The notes under the pieces are model-generated. The model did not search any database and was not told the origin of the DNA. It saw nothing but the letters and a program-made list of their open reading frames with translations. A stretch of DNA of 63,994 nt, filler included, from Sphacelaria rigidula (Eukaryota): assembly GCA_964200075.2 (NCBI GenBank). It is 4 parts of 4 records of this genome, joined end to end, with 100 filler letters (N's around TTAATTAATTAA, not from the genome) between each part and the next. Parts side by side here need not be neighbours in the genome. Positions count along the whole stretch, not along the records: positions 32,242 to 48,255 come from CAXNAA020001515.1; 3 more parts are not named here. One strand, written 5' to 3'. This document shows, in pieces, positions 35,508 through 47,687 of this stretch (within the stretch, counting starts at the first letter, position 1; every line of letters starts with the position of its first letter). The position numbers and the translations under genes are program-made.

Positions 35508-35962
35508 TCACGAGCAAATGACAGCCCAGCATCAAAATTGAGGATAGTAACCCGAAAAAAAAAACGTATCCACACTCGAATTATGGTAGCATTTTTTTAC
35601 CTACTTGTGTAGCTATTGATAACTACTACACGCCGTACAAGTTTGGATTCCGATCACCGAGATCGTGGGGTCCCACGTAAAAACCAATTCTGAGAAATTT
35701 AGGTCATCCATTTCCATCACCTAGTTTACCTACAGGATAATTTTTTCACCTGGGACCCCAAAAGTTCGTTCATTGGAATCCAATTTTTGTTCGCATGCGT
35801 AGCAGTTGTCAATAGCTCCTTATAGATGAAGGAATACAATCACATTTCAAAGAACTGGTTTAGAGACACATGTTTTCAATTTTCGGGTTACCATCATCAT
35901 CCTTGATAAAAAAAAAGATTCATCCTCAGTTTTGATGATCGGCTGGTGAAACCGGCTGTGAG
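35508..35962. mobile_element. Degenerate foldback element related to 52534-52977
   Basis: catcaaaattgaggat / atcctcagttttgatg and agctattga.aact / agttgtcaatagct inverted pairs; internal motifs shared with 52534-52977. Confidence 0.75.
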
Positions 35963-38071
35963 AGATGCTTACAGAAAAAAGCTGATAGATCGCGGAGGCG
36001 TTGGTTTACATGAATCCCAACGTGTCGCAATTTTGGTGATCAAATTTGACCCTTCTTACTTCTACCCGACGAAGAGGAAGCTTACTCTCTGACCAATCAA
36101 CACCGCCCAAATCACCCGCTATCATCTCTCACTGTAGTAATCTCGAACCTTGCAAAATGACCCCGCGCAACTTGGGGCACACAAAAATATATCGACTCCG
36201 CCTGCAGTGATACCGCGATAGTCCCCCCCCCCAAACCAACCAACCCTTAAACTGCCACGAAAAAATAGCCACACGGCGCATTAAAGCTGGTTTCAGACTG
36301 CACGAAGCGACGATGGGCGAAATTTGCGCAAATGACCCTAGACGTGGGAGTTTCCAGCTGCTCGGCGTGCTCGGCGTGCTCGGCGTGCTCGGCGTTTTTG
36401 AATTTTAATTTTGATTCGCATGGAGATCTTGCCTCCTCGAACCAACCACACTCTTGGGGGTGGGGCTGTCGCGGCATCATTCCTCGAGATAGATGAAGTT
36501 CTGGGGCACAGGCCATACGACTGGTATGTAGGGGGAGTCGTATACCTGTCACCTGTCACGGTGCTGCCTTTCCGTTGTTGGGGAATAATGCAGTAGTGCC
36601 TAGGAAGCTGTATTTCCTGTTTTCGATACTCGTAGATATGGCAGTGTTCCAGGTCCTTGTCGACAGCTACAGTAGTAGATGACACGAAGCTGAGCTAAAT
36701 TTCGAACCTCATTTTGGTTCCAAAACAAATGATGCCTCCGTACCAATCTCCCGTAAGTAAGAATTCGAGACGTTGGGCTGGACCGGCCTTAGACATCTAG
36801 AACACCCCCCGCCCACACACCCGCGGGCGCCATCCGCCGCATCCGCCACTTACCTGCTACACCCCCAGCCGCCACAGGCACATATAACTTCTGGTACATA
36901 CACGCGAAAGTCACAGCACATCAAATCAGACAGAGGTGCGCAGCAGCCAGGAGCCAAGCGAGGCGCAGTAGTACACAAAAACAATGGTGAACTGGTTATT
37001 CCCGTCCAACGGCCTCTTGCGAAGCCCCAAGCCCAGACCAGCGCGGGCGTCAGGATCATCAGCGTCAACAAACGACACCACTGAGACTAACTCCACAGGT
37101 GTGGTGACTAGTATTTACAGTCGTGGACTCTTCGTCTATATCATTCCTGTCATTTGCTTGCCATTTCCCTGTGCGCCGCAGCGTGCTACTAATTTTAGCC
37201 GTCGCGCGCGGTTCCGCAGCCGCTCTTGCCCTCAGCGTCGCGAACCTGTTTGTGATCAAGAAAGATTGCGGCGAATCCACGACGAGTACAACCACACGTA
37301 CTGTGCTGCCAGTACACATACAGTAGACCGTGAACAGCTAGCATGGGATAATAGTGGCGAAGTACAAGCCAACAGATGCAGCCCTACAGAGAATCGAGTT
37401 TACCCTTTAGACTGTTTGAGTTCTCTTTTCGCGTGTAACCCCCCGCGCAGATGTAGTGAGATCTATGGCATTGATACGAGTAGCAGATATGTGAGGCGTG
37501 TGGCGTGCTCTGCGCTCATCATACCGTCTGCTGAGCGTGCTGTAGCTTCATTGGACGTGCGCCGACTTGTTCGCCTGCGGGATTCGTTTGGGTTACTTCT
37601 CGCGTGAAATATGTGGAGAACACACTAAATACTACTATTAATACTGGTACTAAATCACAATGTGGTTTGAGAACTTGAAGTTAGATCGAGGACGGTGTCG
37701 CTGGCAATTCGCACTGCCGCCCGTATAAGTTACTGCCGCACTGCATTGTTCTTGTGTACAGTGACATGCTTACAGTGACTGACTGTACCGTTGTGCCGTA
37801 CCGCGTACCTCACTGTCTGTGTTGACTGTTGTACTGCCCTGGACTGCTCTCAGCTGTTGTGTGATGTATTGTCTGTTTTCGTTGAGCGAACCACGGTGGG
37901 ATGCTCAGCAGGCCAACGTTGCTTATCGACGCGACTGTAGCTTCAGGCCGCTCCGCCTATGACATACAAAGAAGAAAAAGTTATGGATAAATGCTTTGTT
38001 GGTGCTTCTTTACCGTTTCATGTCCTGAAAGGAATTTAGACGAATTTTGACACTTTGGAATGACCTGCTCG

Positions 38072-38318
38072 ACTCATTGAAGACGGTTCCAGGAGATCTT
38101 CGCTTTTTCGGGTCGCCGCAGTTTTTTTTGGCCAAACAAGCATTTTTGGTCAGAGACGGTCAAGTCCAGAGAAGAAAAAAAATGACAGTTTTTTCTAGAT
38201 TTGACCGTCCTTGACCGACCGCTCTTGGAAAAAACTGCAAATTTGGTCAAAAATAATGATAAAAAACTGCGGCCGCCGAAAAACGTAAAGATGTCCTCGT
38301 GGAACCGTCTCAACAAGT
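38072..38318. mobile_element. Foldback MITE-like element
   Basis: gacggttcca...tttttcgg...gccgcagtttttt pairs with aaaaaactgcggccgccgaaaaa...tggaaccgtc. Confidence 0.75.
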
Positions 38319-38377
38319 AGTAGAGAAAGTCGTTCTAAGGTGTCAATCTCCGTCTAGCTCTCTTTTAGGGCGTACAA

Positions 38378-38700
38378 CGACGAAGACGAACCAAAACATT
38401 TTTTTTTTGCAGCTTTGTTTTACGTTGGCTTGGCAGGAGGAGCGGCCGTAGGGCGTGTCTTCGAGGAAAATCCCACTTGATATAGAAACAAGGTATTTGT
38501 TGTGCGATTCAGCAGCAGCTCTCAATGGCAAGTGTGCGGCGACGAAGACGGACCAAAACAGCTTTTTTGCAGCTCTGTTTTTCGTTGGCTTGCCATAAGG
38601 AGCGGCCGTAGTGCGTGTCTTCGAGAAAAACTCGACTAAAAACAGAAACAAGGTATTTGTTGTGTGATCCAGCTGCAGCTCTCAACGCCAACTGGGCGGC
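38378..38700. repeat. 162-bp tandem duplication
   Basis: cgacgaagacg.accaaaaca at 38378 and 38540, collinear throughout. Confidence 0.9.
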
Positions 38701-38822
38701 TTTCGATTTCTCGGGACTCCTGCTAAAAGTCAGGGCATGCCCATGATCGAAAGAACTGGCGCGTTTCCCATAGAAAAAGGCGGCGTAAAACGCTATAACA
38801 GCATGATTTTCATTGCGTGTCA

Positions 38823-39008
38823 AAATATTCAACACCTTGGACAATATATGGTCAATAGTTGCAATAGACAAGATACGTACTGCACAAAGTAGAGGCCTAT
38901 TGCGACTATTGCTGGCCGGCAATAGTTGCAATAGGCCTATACCTTATGCAGTACACTTGTCGTCTATTGCATCTAATGACCATATATTGTCCAAGGTGTG
39001 AAATATTT
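38823..39008. repeat. Near-perfect spacerless palindrome (~186 bp)
   Basis: acaccttggacaatatatggtca / tgaccatatattgtccaaggtgt; centre tattgctggccggcaata. Confidence 0.92.
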
Positions 39009-39145
39009 CGAGATGCAACCGAATTCGAGATGTAACCGAGATGAAAACGCGTGTCTTACATCCCAGGGCATGTAGCATCGCGTACAGGCACCTGAAGCAG
39101 GAAGTGCACATATTCACAGTCTAACTCTGCTTGTTATTTTACAAG

Positions 39146-40568
39146 GTGCTTTAAACGAGCGCCTTTGGCTCCGTATTATTCGCGAGCGTTGATATCGAGA
39201 GAAGGTCATCTGGTGAATCGACATCAATTTTACTCGAAGAAAATACGCATGATCCAGATTGACTACCCTCGCGGTCCAAGGGTCAACAGTAGAGTGTGTG
39301 TGCGAACGCTTGTGCTGTCTTTATGGCCCCACTGGTCAGTTTTGGCACCATTTGTGCGGTGCGGGTTTGTCAAAGCAGTCGCTGCAACCTCATCTCTTGA
39401 CGGATCGGAGAAAACACAAGAACACGCATGTGCAGTTGAGTAGGAGCTATCATGAGGGCTGTCGAGCTCTGTCTGGATTGCAGTCCATCTATAAAGCATT
39501 TTTGCTGCCTGTGCTGTACCCAGATCTTGAAGACGACATAGACCTCCAATTCGATTTTGACCTTGATAACGCAACTTTTTTTGCCGAGACATATTCTTGC
39601 TAACGTCAGAGTTTGCACCGTGCCCCAACCGCTTCCACGCAATACAGCAGCTTCTGGGACAGATCAAGATTTGGACAATGCGCCGACAGTGGTTGAAAGG
39701 TTTTGGGCTCTTGGATGTGATTCACAAGGACGCATTATGTGGTGAGTTTTCGTCGCTTCTACCTGCATGCGTTGAACGTCATCTGTGAAAAAATATGTTG
39801 ACGATAACTCGTGTTGATCAATGTACTTCCTCTGTGCCATCAGTAAAGTCCGTTATGGGGGCCAGATCGTATATCGCCAACGGAGTTGCCCACGATACTA
39901 TGGTTATATTTTTTATAAAGTTGTTGATATGCTGATGCTCGCTAGAAAAAAAAGAAACTGAGCCGAAATTACTAAGAATTAGTGGCTTGAAACATGGCCA
40001 ATTTTGACCAATTTCGATCACATTATATAATACCATTTTCGGCATTTTTTCGACTTTTTATGCCTGTTTTGTCACCAAATAGAGGCATGTACGTGATCAA
40101 GTGGTTTTGGACGAGGCGGCGGGGGTATCGTACAAAGCTGATGAATTCAAAGCATGTGGCTATTTCGACGTTTTTTCGCGATTTTTGGAGTTCTGGGGGT
40201 TTCCAGTGTTCTTGGCTGCTTTCCAGAAACGAGCAAAATACGGCTTTTTGGGGGCCGACTGATCTTTTCCGGCCGTTCATGCATGCATGAAGGTGCGCGT
40301 AGAAAAAACAAAAATCGAATTTGAATAAAAAAACACCGAAGATTTCAAAAAAGTTATCGCCGTTTGCATCGATGACGGCTAAGGGTCTGTGTAGTCATAA
40401 CGACCTTTACTTTTGACACAGATGAAGCACAGACTTCACAAAATACCCGTGCCAGCCTCCCTTGTTTTTTGCCCCGGTGTGGACTGCAGCTGCGTGGACT
40501 GCAGCTATAATACATCATTTAAATTATGTCGATACAACTGTATGTACAGTACTTCATGCTGTCTATTC
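39146..40568 (+). pseudogene. Two decayed exon-like segments (39146-39741, 40422-40568), probably upstream exons of the repeat gene
   Basis: CTAAC branch at 39121 with AG at 39144-45; GTGAGT donors at 39742 and 40569; CAG acceptor at 40419-21. Protein-like frame with stops and a frameshift. Confidence 0.45.
39842..40411. mobile_element. Intronic TIR element
   Basis: agtaaagtccgttatg / cataacgacctttact inverted ends, AT-rich non-coding body. Confidence 0.6.
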
Positions 40569-40586
40569 GTGAGTAAGGGTGTAGTT

Positions 40587-41189
40587 TTAGTACTCCCTCC
40601 CCGCACGTGTACAGTATTCATGCACCTGCCCGTCGACGCCCGCAGCGCCCCGGGAATGCTCTGATTTGGGAAAGCGTAGACCCTCCTTAGTCCGAACTAC
40701 TATCTGTATCACAGAGTAGCAAATAGCTAACATGTTTTCGTTCGATGGAAACTGTCCCATGCCTGGAAACCGACTGAGACGCGGGCAGAAAACAACGCAC
40801 TGTTTCACAGCGTACCGCCTCACAGCGATTCCAAGCCATATCAGCCGGTGACGCCATGCGTGATCTCTTTTCCGTTCCTCGATACGATCGTCGAGGTTTA
40901 CATCGGGTCCACCATCGCGGGTCATAATGACCGACTTGCCGCTCACCACGCACCTCACACATGCTGACCACGCTGTTGGTGGTACAACTTCCCCCTCCCC
41001 GAAACATTGTCGGATCAATTCCGAGCAACTCAACTTTCGCAGTAGACCACGGTTGTAGATTGTTTCTATTATTCCGTATGCTTCCGAAAAACCTAGAGTG
41101 AACGCGTTTGTTCTCCCTACCCGCGGACATTTAATTGGCGTAGAGATGGCGCTCGTCTGCAACATTTGTTTGATATTTTTTCGGAACAT
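40587..41189 (-). pseudogene. DDE transposase fragment, Zator-like
   Basis: SVIMTRDGGPDVN followed about 35 aa later by CPRLSRFPGMGQ. This echoes the DGGPDEN...APGRSAFNRVE motifs I recall for Zator transposases. Confidence 0.5.
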
Positions 41190-41307
41190 ATGAACGACTA
41201 ATGATGCTAACCTTCATTATTCCGTCTTCGCCCGTATGTTTCGCACCAAAATTGAATCCTTCACGATTCTCACTTGCAAACCTCGGCACATGCTCCGCCA
41301 CCGTAAG

Positions 41308-43957
41308 GTTGAGTCACACCTCCGACGAGTGGGTCTGGTCGGGAAGCGACGTCGTGCAGCCATCCCCACTGACCATGCCGCACGTGCACCAAGTACCCCA
41401 GCAAGAGAACAGCACCGCATGGGTCGTGGCCCTACAGAATACCTCATCGCCGCCGCCACAGCAGCTGGTGACGATGCCCGCCAATGGATCACCTACGACG
41501 GCTGGCAAGGCTGGAGAGGAAGGAGCTCAAAGAACTGCATCTGCGCCGCCGCTACAGCAGCTAGTAATGGCGCCCGCAAATGTATCGCCTACGCCGACCA
41601 GCGAGGCTGAGGGGGACAAGGCTGACGGAACCACCTCTGCGCCGTCGCTACAGCAGCTAGTGATGGTGCCCACAAATGTATGGCCTACACCGGGTAGCGA
41701 CGCTGGGGAGGACGGAACTGACAGGACTACGTCTGCGCCGTCGCCCCGGCAGATGATGATGGTGCCTGTTCTTGTATCGCCTTCACCGACTGGCGAGGCT
41801 GGAGGAGACGGGGCTGAGAAGGCCAACTCTGCGCCGTCGCCACAGGTAGTGATGGTGCCCGCAAATGTACCGCCTTCACCGGCTAGCGAGGCTGGGGGGG
41901 ACGGGACTGACAGGATCACCTCCGCGTCGTCACCACAGCGGCTAGTGATGGTGCCCGAAGATGTACCGCCTACACCGGCTAGCAAGGCTGGAGAGGAAGA
42001 AGCACAAAGAAACGCCTCTGCGCCGCCACTACAACAGCCAGTGATGGCGCCCGCAAATGTATCGCCTGCACCGGTTAGAGACGTTGGGGGGGACGGAGCT
42101 GACAGGACCACCCATGCGCCGCCGTTACTACAGCTAGTCATGGTGCCCACAAATGTATCACCTACACCGGTGAGCGACGCTGGGGGGGACGGAACTCACA
42201 GGACCACGCCTGCGCCGTCGCCGCAGCAGCTAGTGATGGTGCCTGTTCTTGCATCGCCCCTTCCGGCTGGCGAGGCTGGAGGAGACGGGGCTGAGAAGGC
42301 CAACTCTGCGTCGCCGCCACAGCAGCTAGTGATGGTGCCCGCAAATGTACCGCCCTCACCGGCTAGCGAGGCTGGAGAGAAGGGGGCTCACAGGACCACC
42401 TCTGCGCCGCCGCTACAACAGCTAGTGATGGCGCCCGCAAATGTATCGCCTACATCGGCTGGCAAGGCTGGAGAGGAGGGAGCTCAAAAACCCACCTCTA
42501 CGCCGTCACCACAACAGCTAATGATGCCACCTGTTCTTATATCACCTACCCCGGCTGGCGAGGTTACAGAGGATGGGACTGAGAGGACCACCCCTGCGCC
42601 GCCGCAACAGCAGCTAGTGATGGTGCCTGTTCTTGTATCGCCTCGTCCGGCTAGCGAGGCCGGGGAGGAAGGGGCTGACAGGACCACCTCTGCGCCGCCG
42701 CCACAGCAGCTAGTGATGGTGCCCGCAAATGTTTGGCCTACACCGGCTGGCGAGGCTAGGGGCGACTGGACTGAGACGACCACCTCTCCGCCGCTGCCAC
42801 AGCAGCTAATGATGGTGCCCGCAAATGCATCGCCTACAACGGCTGGCAAGGCTGGGGAGAAAGGGACTGAGAGGACCACGTTTTCGCCGTCGCTACAACA
42901 GCTACTGATGGTGCACGCAAATGTATTGCCTACATCGACAGGCGATCCTAGGGGAGATGGGGCTAACACGACCACCTCTACGCCGCCACCACGGCCTCTA
43001 GTGATGATCCCCGCAAGTATATTGCCTACACCGACTGGTGACGCCGGGGGGGACGGGGCTGACAGGACCACGTCTGCGCCGTCCCCACAGCAGCTAGTGA
43101 TGGTGCCCGCAAATGTGTCGCCTTCGTCGGCCAGTAAGGGCGAGGAGAAAGGGACTGACAGGACCATACCTGCGCCATCGCCGCGGCAGCTGGTGATGGT
43201 GTCCGCAAACGTGTCGCCTGCGCCGGCTGGCAACGGTGGGGCGGAAGGGGCTGAGAAGACCACGTTTGCGCTACCACCACAGCAGCTAGTGATGGTGCCT
43301 CCCCTCGCATCGCCTACACCAGCTGGTAAGGCTGAGGGGGACGGGGCTAACAGGACCACGCCTGCGCCGCCGCCACAGCAGCTAGTGATGGACCCTGTAA
43401 ATGCATCGCTTGCACAGGCTGGCAAGCCTTGGGCGGACGCAGCTGACAGGACCACCTCTGCGCCGCCGCAGAAGCGGCTGGTGAAGGTACCTGGAAATAT
43501 ATCACCTACCCCTGCTAGCAAGGCTGGGGATCAAGGGGCTGAGAGGAACACCCCTGTACCACCATCACAGCAGCCAACGGTGACGCCTTTGAATATTTCA
43601 CCTGCACCGGCTGGCAAGGCTGCGAGGGACGGTAGCGAGAGGGCCACCTCTGCGCCGCCGCAACAGCACCCGGTGATGGTGCCCGCACATGTATCGCCTA
43701 AATCGACTGGTAAGGCTGGGGGGGGCGGGGCTGAGAGGACCACCTCTGCGCCGCCGCAACAGCAGCCGGCGGCGGCGCCTGTAAATGTATCGCCTACCCC
43801 TGCTAGCAAGACTGGTGAGCAAGTGGCTAAGAAAAAAAGTAAGAGCAACGTGTTGTGGCCTGCGCCTGCATGGGAGGAGCGGTACACTGGGAGCGGGAAG
43901 ATGATGTGGATTCATAAGGAGACGGGCAAGGTTGTGTACAGCGACCCTTTTGAGTAG
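41308..43957 (+). CDS. Terminal exon encoding about 25 x 32-aa Pro/Ala/Gly/Thr-rich repeats plus a C-terminal WW-like domain
   Basis: Uninterrupted ORF 41201-43957 (918 aa); 96-bp unit (SAPPPQQLVMVPANVSPTPAGEAGGDGADRTT); ends PAWEERYTGSGKMMWIHKETGKVVYSDP. CTAAC near 41207 with no AG until 41306-07 suggests the acceptor. Confidence 0.8.
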
Positions 43958-45199
43958 GTATAAGATTTGCTCGTGATATGTGAGTAACGTCCGTGTCCGA
44001 AGTGGATCGCACGGTTATCATGCTCATGAGGGTATGTTCTTTGGCCCAGTGTGTGACTGACATGTTGTCTTGACAACGGCCGGGGGTGTTGTTGAATATC
44101 ATGTACAAAGTCCGATACGTAGTAGGTATGAGGAAAACCAAGCTTAGGTGTTGTATATACCGGAGTTCAATTCTGATCGTTGAGTGGGCGCAGTCTATGG
44201 ACCGAAAAAGTCGCATGTGATCCAATTTTGCGTTGTGATTGTAATGGTGCGCAGGGTGTGGCGATGTTTTCTTTACAGTATGTCTTTCGGTGTTCGAGTC
44301 GCCAGTTAGTGCTATGTGTGTGTCTAGATCTTGAGTTTAGTGATGTTCTTTTTGCGATACTGTTTTGCATGGTAGAGTGTTGTTTTATTTGTGGTAGGTG
44401 GGTACCGCAGAAATGCCAAATTGGGGAGTAGACATATAGGAAAACGAAAACGAAAAACATTCCATTCATGAGGAGGGAGCGTGGCAAATTGAGAGACACT
44501 GTTTGTGTGGACTCCTGCAGTTGAAAGACAAAGGATATCAGAAAATATTTTCATGTATATATTTATATATGTGTGTGTGGTTGTGATGAGAGTCGGCAAT
44601 CAGTAAACCTGAGAAGTCAGAGATGACTAGAGTATGATCGCGTGTGGAGGTAATGTGCGGAATACTGACTCAATATACATACATGAAAATTCGGCTGCTT
44701 GTCGACGTATCGAGTTTCAACAGGAAATCGACTGAGCTACCTCGGCACGGGCCGGTATTTGTTAATTGGTGCGGAATTGGGGTAGTTTCCTGAATCTTTT
44801 TTGCGCGCAGAAATGTTTGGCCGTGTATAGTGGTGATGGTGGTGGTAGTGTGTATTTATTTAGCCCAGGAATAATATAAAAAAAATATGCACGTCCTGTT
44901 CCCTTCTCACCCTACGCGGCGCCCTTGGCGGGACTGTCTGTGGTTGGCTCCGTCCCCTTCGACGGGGGTGGGGCGAGACAGAGACATGAACAATATGCCT
45001 GATGAGCGTTCACATCCTCGCTGTACGCTTAGAGCCACGGCGAGTCTACGCTGTATCTGTTCCGTAGTTTCGCTGACGCATCGAGAGGGGAGAAGAGTTT
45101 GACAGCAATTGCTTCTCCCGTCCGACAAGTCAGGGCAACAATAACGCTCGTAATATCTAATGTTAATCCCCCGCTTTGACTCAAGTCACGACGCTTGTG

Positions 45200-45495
45200 A
45201 GGCTAGTTTACCGACGGTGGGCTACAAGTATCGCTACTCCTGACCCTAACACCCCAACCCAACACATACCAAGAACCCTCGGACAAGGTGGGTACATACA
45301 TTCCCTAGGCAAAGTGCGGCCTTGGTAGACCCCAAATCGGCTCCTGTGGCGCCGGTTTCATCGAGAACGCGTTCTGCGCACGCGAGGAGCACACGGGATT
45401 GTCAGCCCTACTCAAATTCCGATTCTCGTTGTACACGCTCAAATCAAGTAATATCAACCACGGACATTTGTAGCCCAACGCCGGTAAACTCTACT
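45200..45495. mobile_element. MITE family B (Mutator-like)
   Basis: Perfect 10-bp TSD GACGCTTGTG on both sides; TIR aggctagtttaccgacggtgggctacaa / ttgtagcccaacgccggtaaactctact. Confidence 0.93.
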
Positions 45496-46030
45496 GACGC
45501 TTGTGGTGTGTTTTCGTGCACCTCCATACGAAATGTGCAGCACTGCGAGATCGGGACGCAATAATGGCCTTCCAGAAATGTCTCATTTGAACGTATATCT
45601 ACTGTACTGCAGCTGACGGCGTCCCTTGTGATGGCACTTATCGCACACGAGCAACGCATTTTCCTGTAATTTGATACATACGCCGGGCAGTCTTTTCAAG
45701 CGTCGCCGGAAGGCGGTTTACTCTCTTGCTCGCACCTTCTCTCGATTTACCGACCGCGTCATCAGCCGCACGTGCGAATGGTGGTCCCTTGATGTAAGTG
45801 TAGAACGTACTGTAGTGCAAGCGGCAACGTTGCCAATTCGCTGATGTTGTCAAGACTACTTCAAGAGCGAGAAACAAACGCAGGAGAATATAAACACGCC
45901 GCGAAAATGTTTCCCCCCCCCTTTTTTTTGCGTACCTGATCTATCGAACATACCATCCGTGTGCTAATATACGCAGAAAGGGGTTATTCCAGCGTTTGAA
46001 AAACGTTGTTCAAACCTGACAACATATCCT

Positions 46031-47252
46031 GTGCCAGTGTGTCTTATACATGACAGCGATCTTGGAAACGCGAATCCGACCTGCAATTGCACCGCCGTGC
46101 AATCCTCCTTTACTGGACGCAATCCCAACATCAGCATCTTGCTCACAACAAGAAATGTCGCAAAATGCGCCGTGGCGCAGCAGCCCGCGAACTTCACCGC
46201 GATCAGGGACTACGCTTCGTCGCCGATGGTTACGAACTTGCACCTACCAAGACTTGTAAGACGAAGCTCTTCGCAAACCAGCGACTCCTACCCAAGGGCA
46301 GCTACCTTTGGTTCAAAGGCAGCGACAACCTCTGGTGGTTGGGTCAGACCCACTACGCTAACCTGGTTTCGGCCGACACATACATCGTGCGCTTCATCGA
46401 TGACCCTGGACCCATACAGCTCAAGCTTCGGCCAGCACTATACACCACCAATCCATATGCACCACGCGGATCCTAGTGTCTCCAGCGCCTCAAGTCCAAA
46501 GGACATCGCCGCGGTCTCCAGCGCAACATCGACCACACTCACGACGTCCACGCCCCGCTTTGAACCACGCTTCTTTGAGGCGACTGTTGCCCCACCCCCA
46601 TTTTTTTCGCAAGCACTGTGTGCACCCCCTCGTCCACCAGGATCCTCTTCAACGACACCACAACAGTGCGATCTACATCGGACGATAATCAAGAATTACT
46701 GAGACGACCACTACCTAGGACTACTGCAGCTGTAGTATTCCCTTCAACTGGCGCTCGATTTCGTTGGATCACCGATTTTCAGATTTCCGATCTTGCAGTT
46801 TTTAGCACCTTTAGATTGCCCCAGGTTGAAGCCCTGCTCCCTGTTGTACCTTTGAATTTCCCCAGGTTGAAGCTCTGCTCCCTGTTGTACCTTTGACTTC
46901 CCCCGGGTTAGAGCTCTGCTCCCTGTTGTACCTCCCTGTCTTCCCCCCCTAAATTTTGCTAGGGCGCCGAAGCAATTCGTGCTTCTTCGTTAATCGCTAG
47001 CACGCCAAAGCAGTTTGTGCATCCGCGTTTCGGAGCAGTTTTTTCTGCTCCTCGAAGCAGTCTATGCTTCCCTTCTTTTGAGGTGTGGGAGTGGGTACAG
47101 GACTGTTGGTACGAGAGTGTTAGGTACGAGAGTGTTTCCTTAGGTATGCTTCATTAGCCGCTCATGACTTTACGAGTAAAGAAAAACCTTAGTTTTCGCT
47201 GCTTTGAGGATAAATCCTCGCAGCTGTAATAAACGTTCGTCTGGGTGGGTCA
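46031..47252 (+). mobile_element. 5'-truncated, 5'-inverted Gypsy A-family 3' fragment (integrase tail, 3' UTR, possible LTR start)
   Basis: 46031-46063 is identical to 16391-16423 (antisense). From 46064 it is sense: RESDLQLHRRAILLYW...WWLGQ..YIVRFIDDPGP. A purine-rich tract is followed by TGTTGG at 47104, with AATAAA at 47228. Confidence 0.88.
46820..46935. repeat. ~39-bp tandem repeat x3 in Gypsy 3' UTR
   Basis: ccccaggttgaagc.ctgctccctgttgtacct repeated three times. Confidence 0.9.
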
Positions 47253-47253
47253 G

Positions 47254-47687
47254 TGTCATGAAGACGCATATTAGCCTGCTCTCATGCCGCTTCAGACCCG
47301 TTGTCGAGTCTGGCTATTTGCCTTCTGGGGTTTCGGTAGCCAAGACTGCAGCCTGTTCAGAGTTGGTCGGGTACGAATGTGAATCTGTATATTACAGAGG
47401 TGATACTGGCATTGTTCGCTGAACACGAACAAGGCTCACAGCATCGATCCCTATCTACTGCTCCACTACTGCCTCCCAGCAGAAAGAAGTGATCGATGGT
47501 GTGAGGTTTGTTCGTGTTCAGCGAACAAAGCCAGTATCATCTCTGTAATATACAGATTCACATTCGTACCCGACCAACTCCGAACAGGCCTGCAGTCTCG
47601 GCTACCGAAACCCCAGAAGGCAAAACCCCAGACTCGACAACGGGTCTGAAGCGGCATGACAACAGGCTAATATGCTTCTTCATGACA
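47254..47687. repeat. Long inverted repeat (arms ~208 bp, loop <20 nt)
   Basis: tgtcatgaag.. / ..cttcatgaca ends; arms align end to end with few mismatches. Confidence 0.95.

Noticed and set aside
41527..43887. Minus-strand ORFs over the repeat exon
   Set aside because: Antisense shadows of a GC-rich coding repeat; the plus frame is continuous and ends in a domain.
40592..44480. Stowaway-like element (TA|CTCCCTCC...GGAGGGAG) enclosing the repeat exon
   Set aside because: Only an 8-bp match, no TA at the right end, no extended TIR.
44995..45060. Hammerhead ribozyme (CTGATGA core)
   Set aside because: No GAAA after stem II and no stems I/III.
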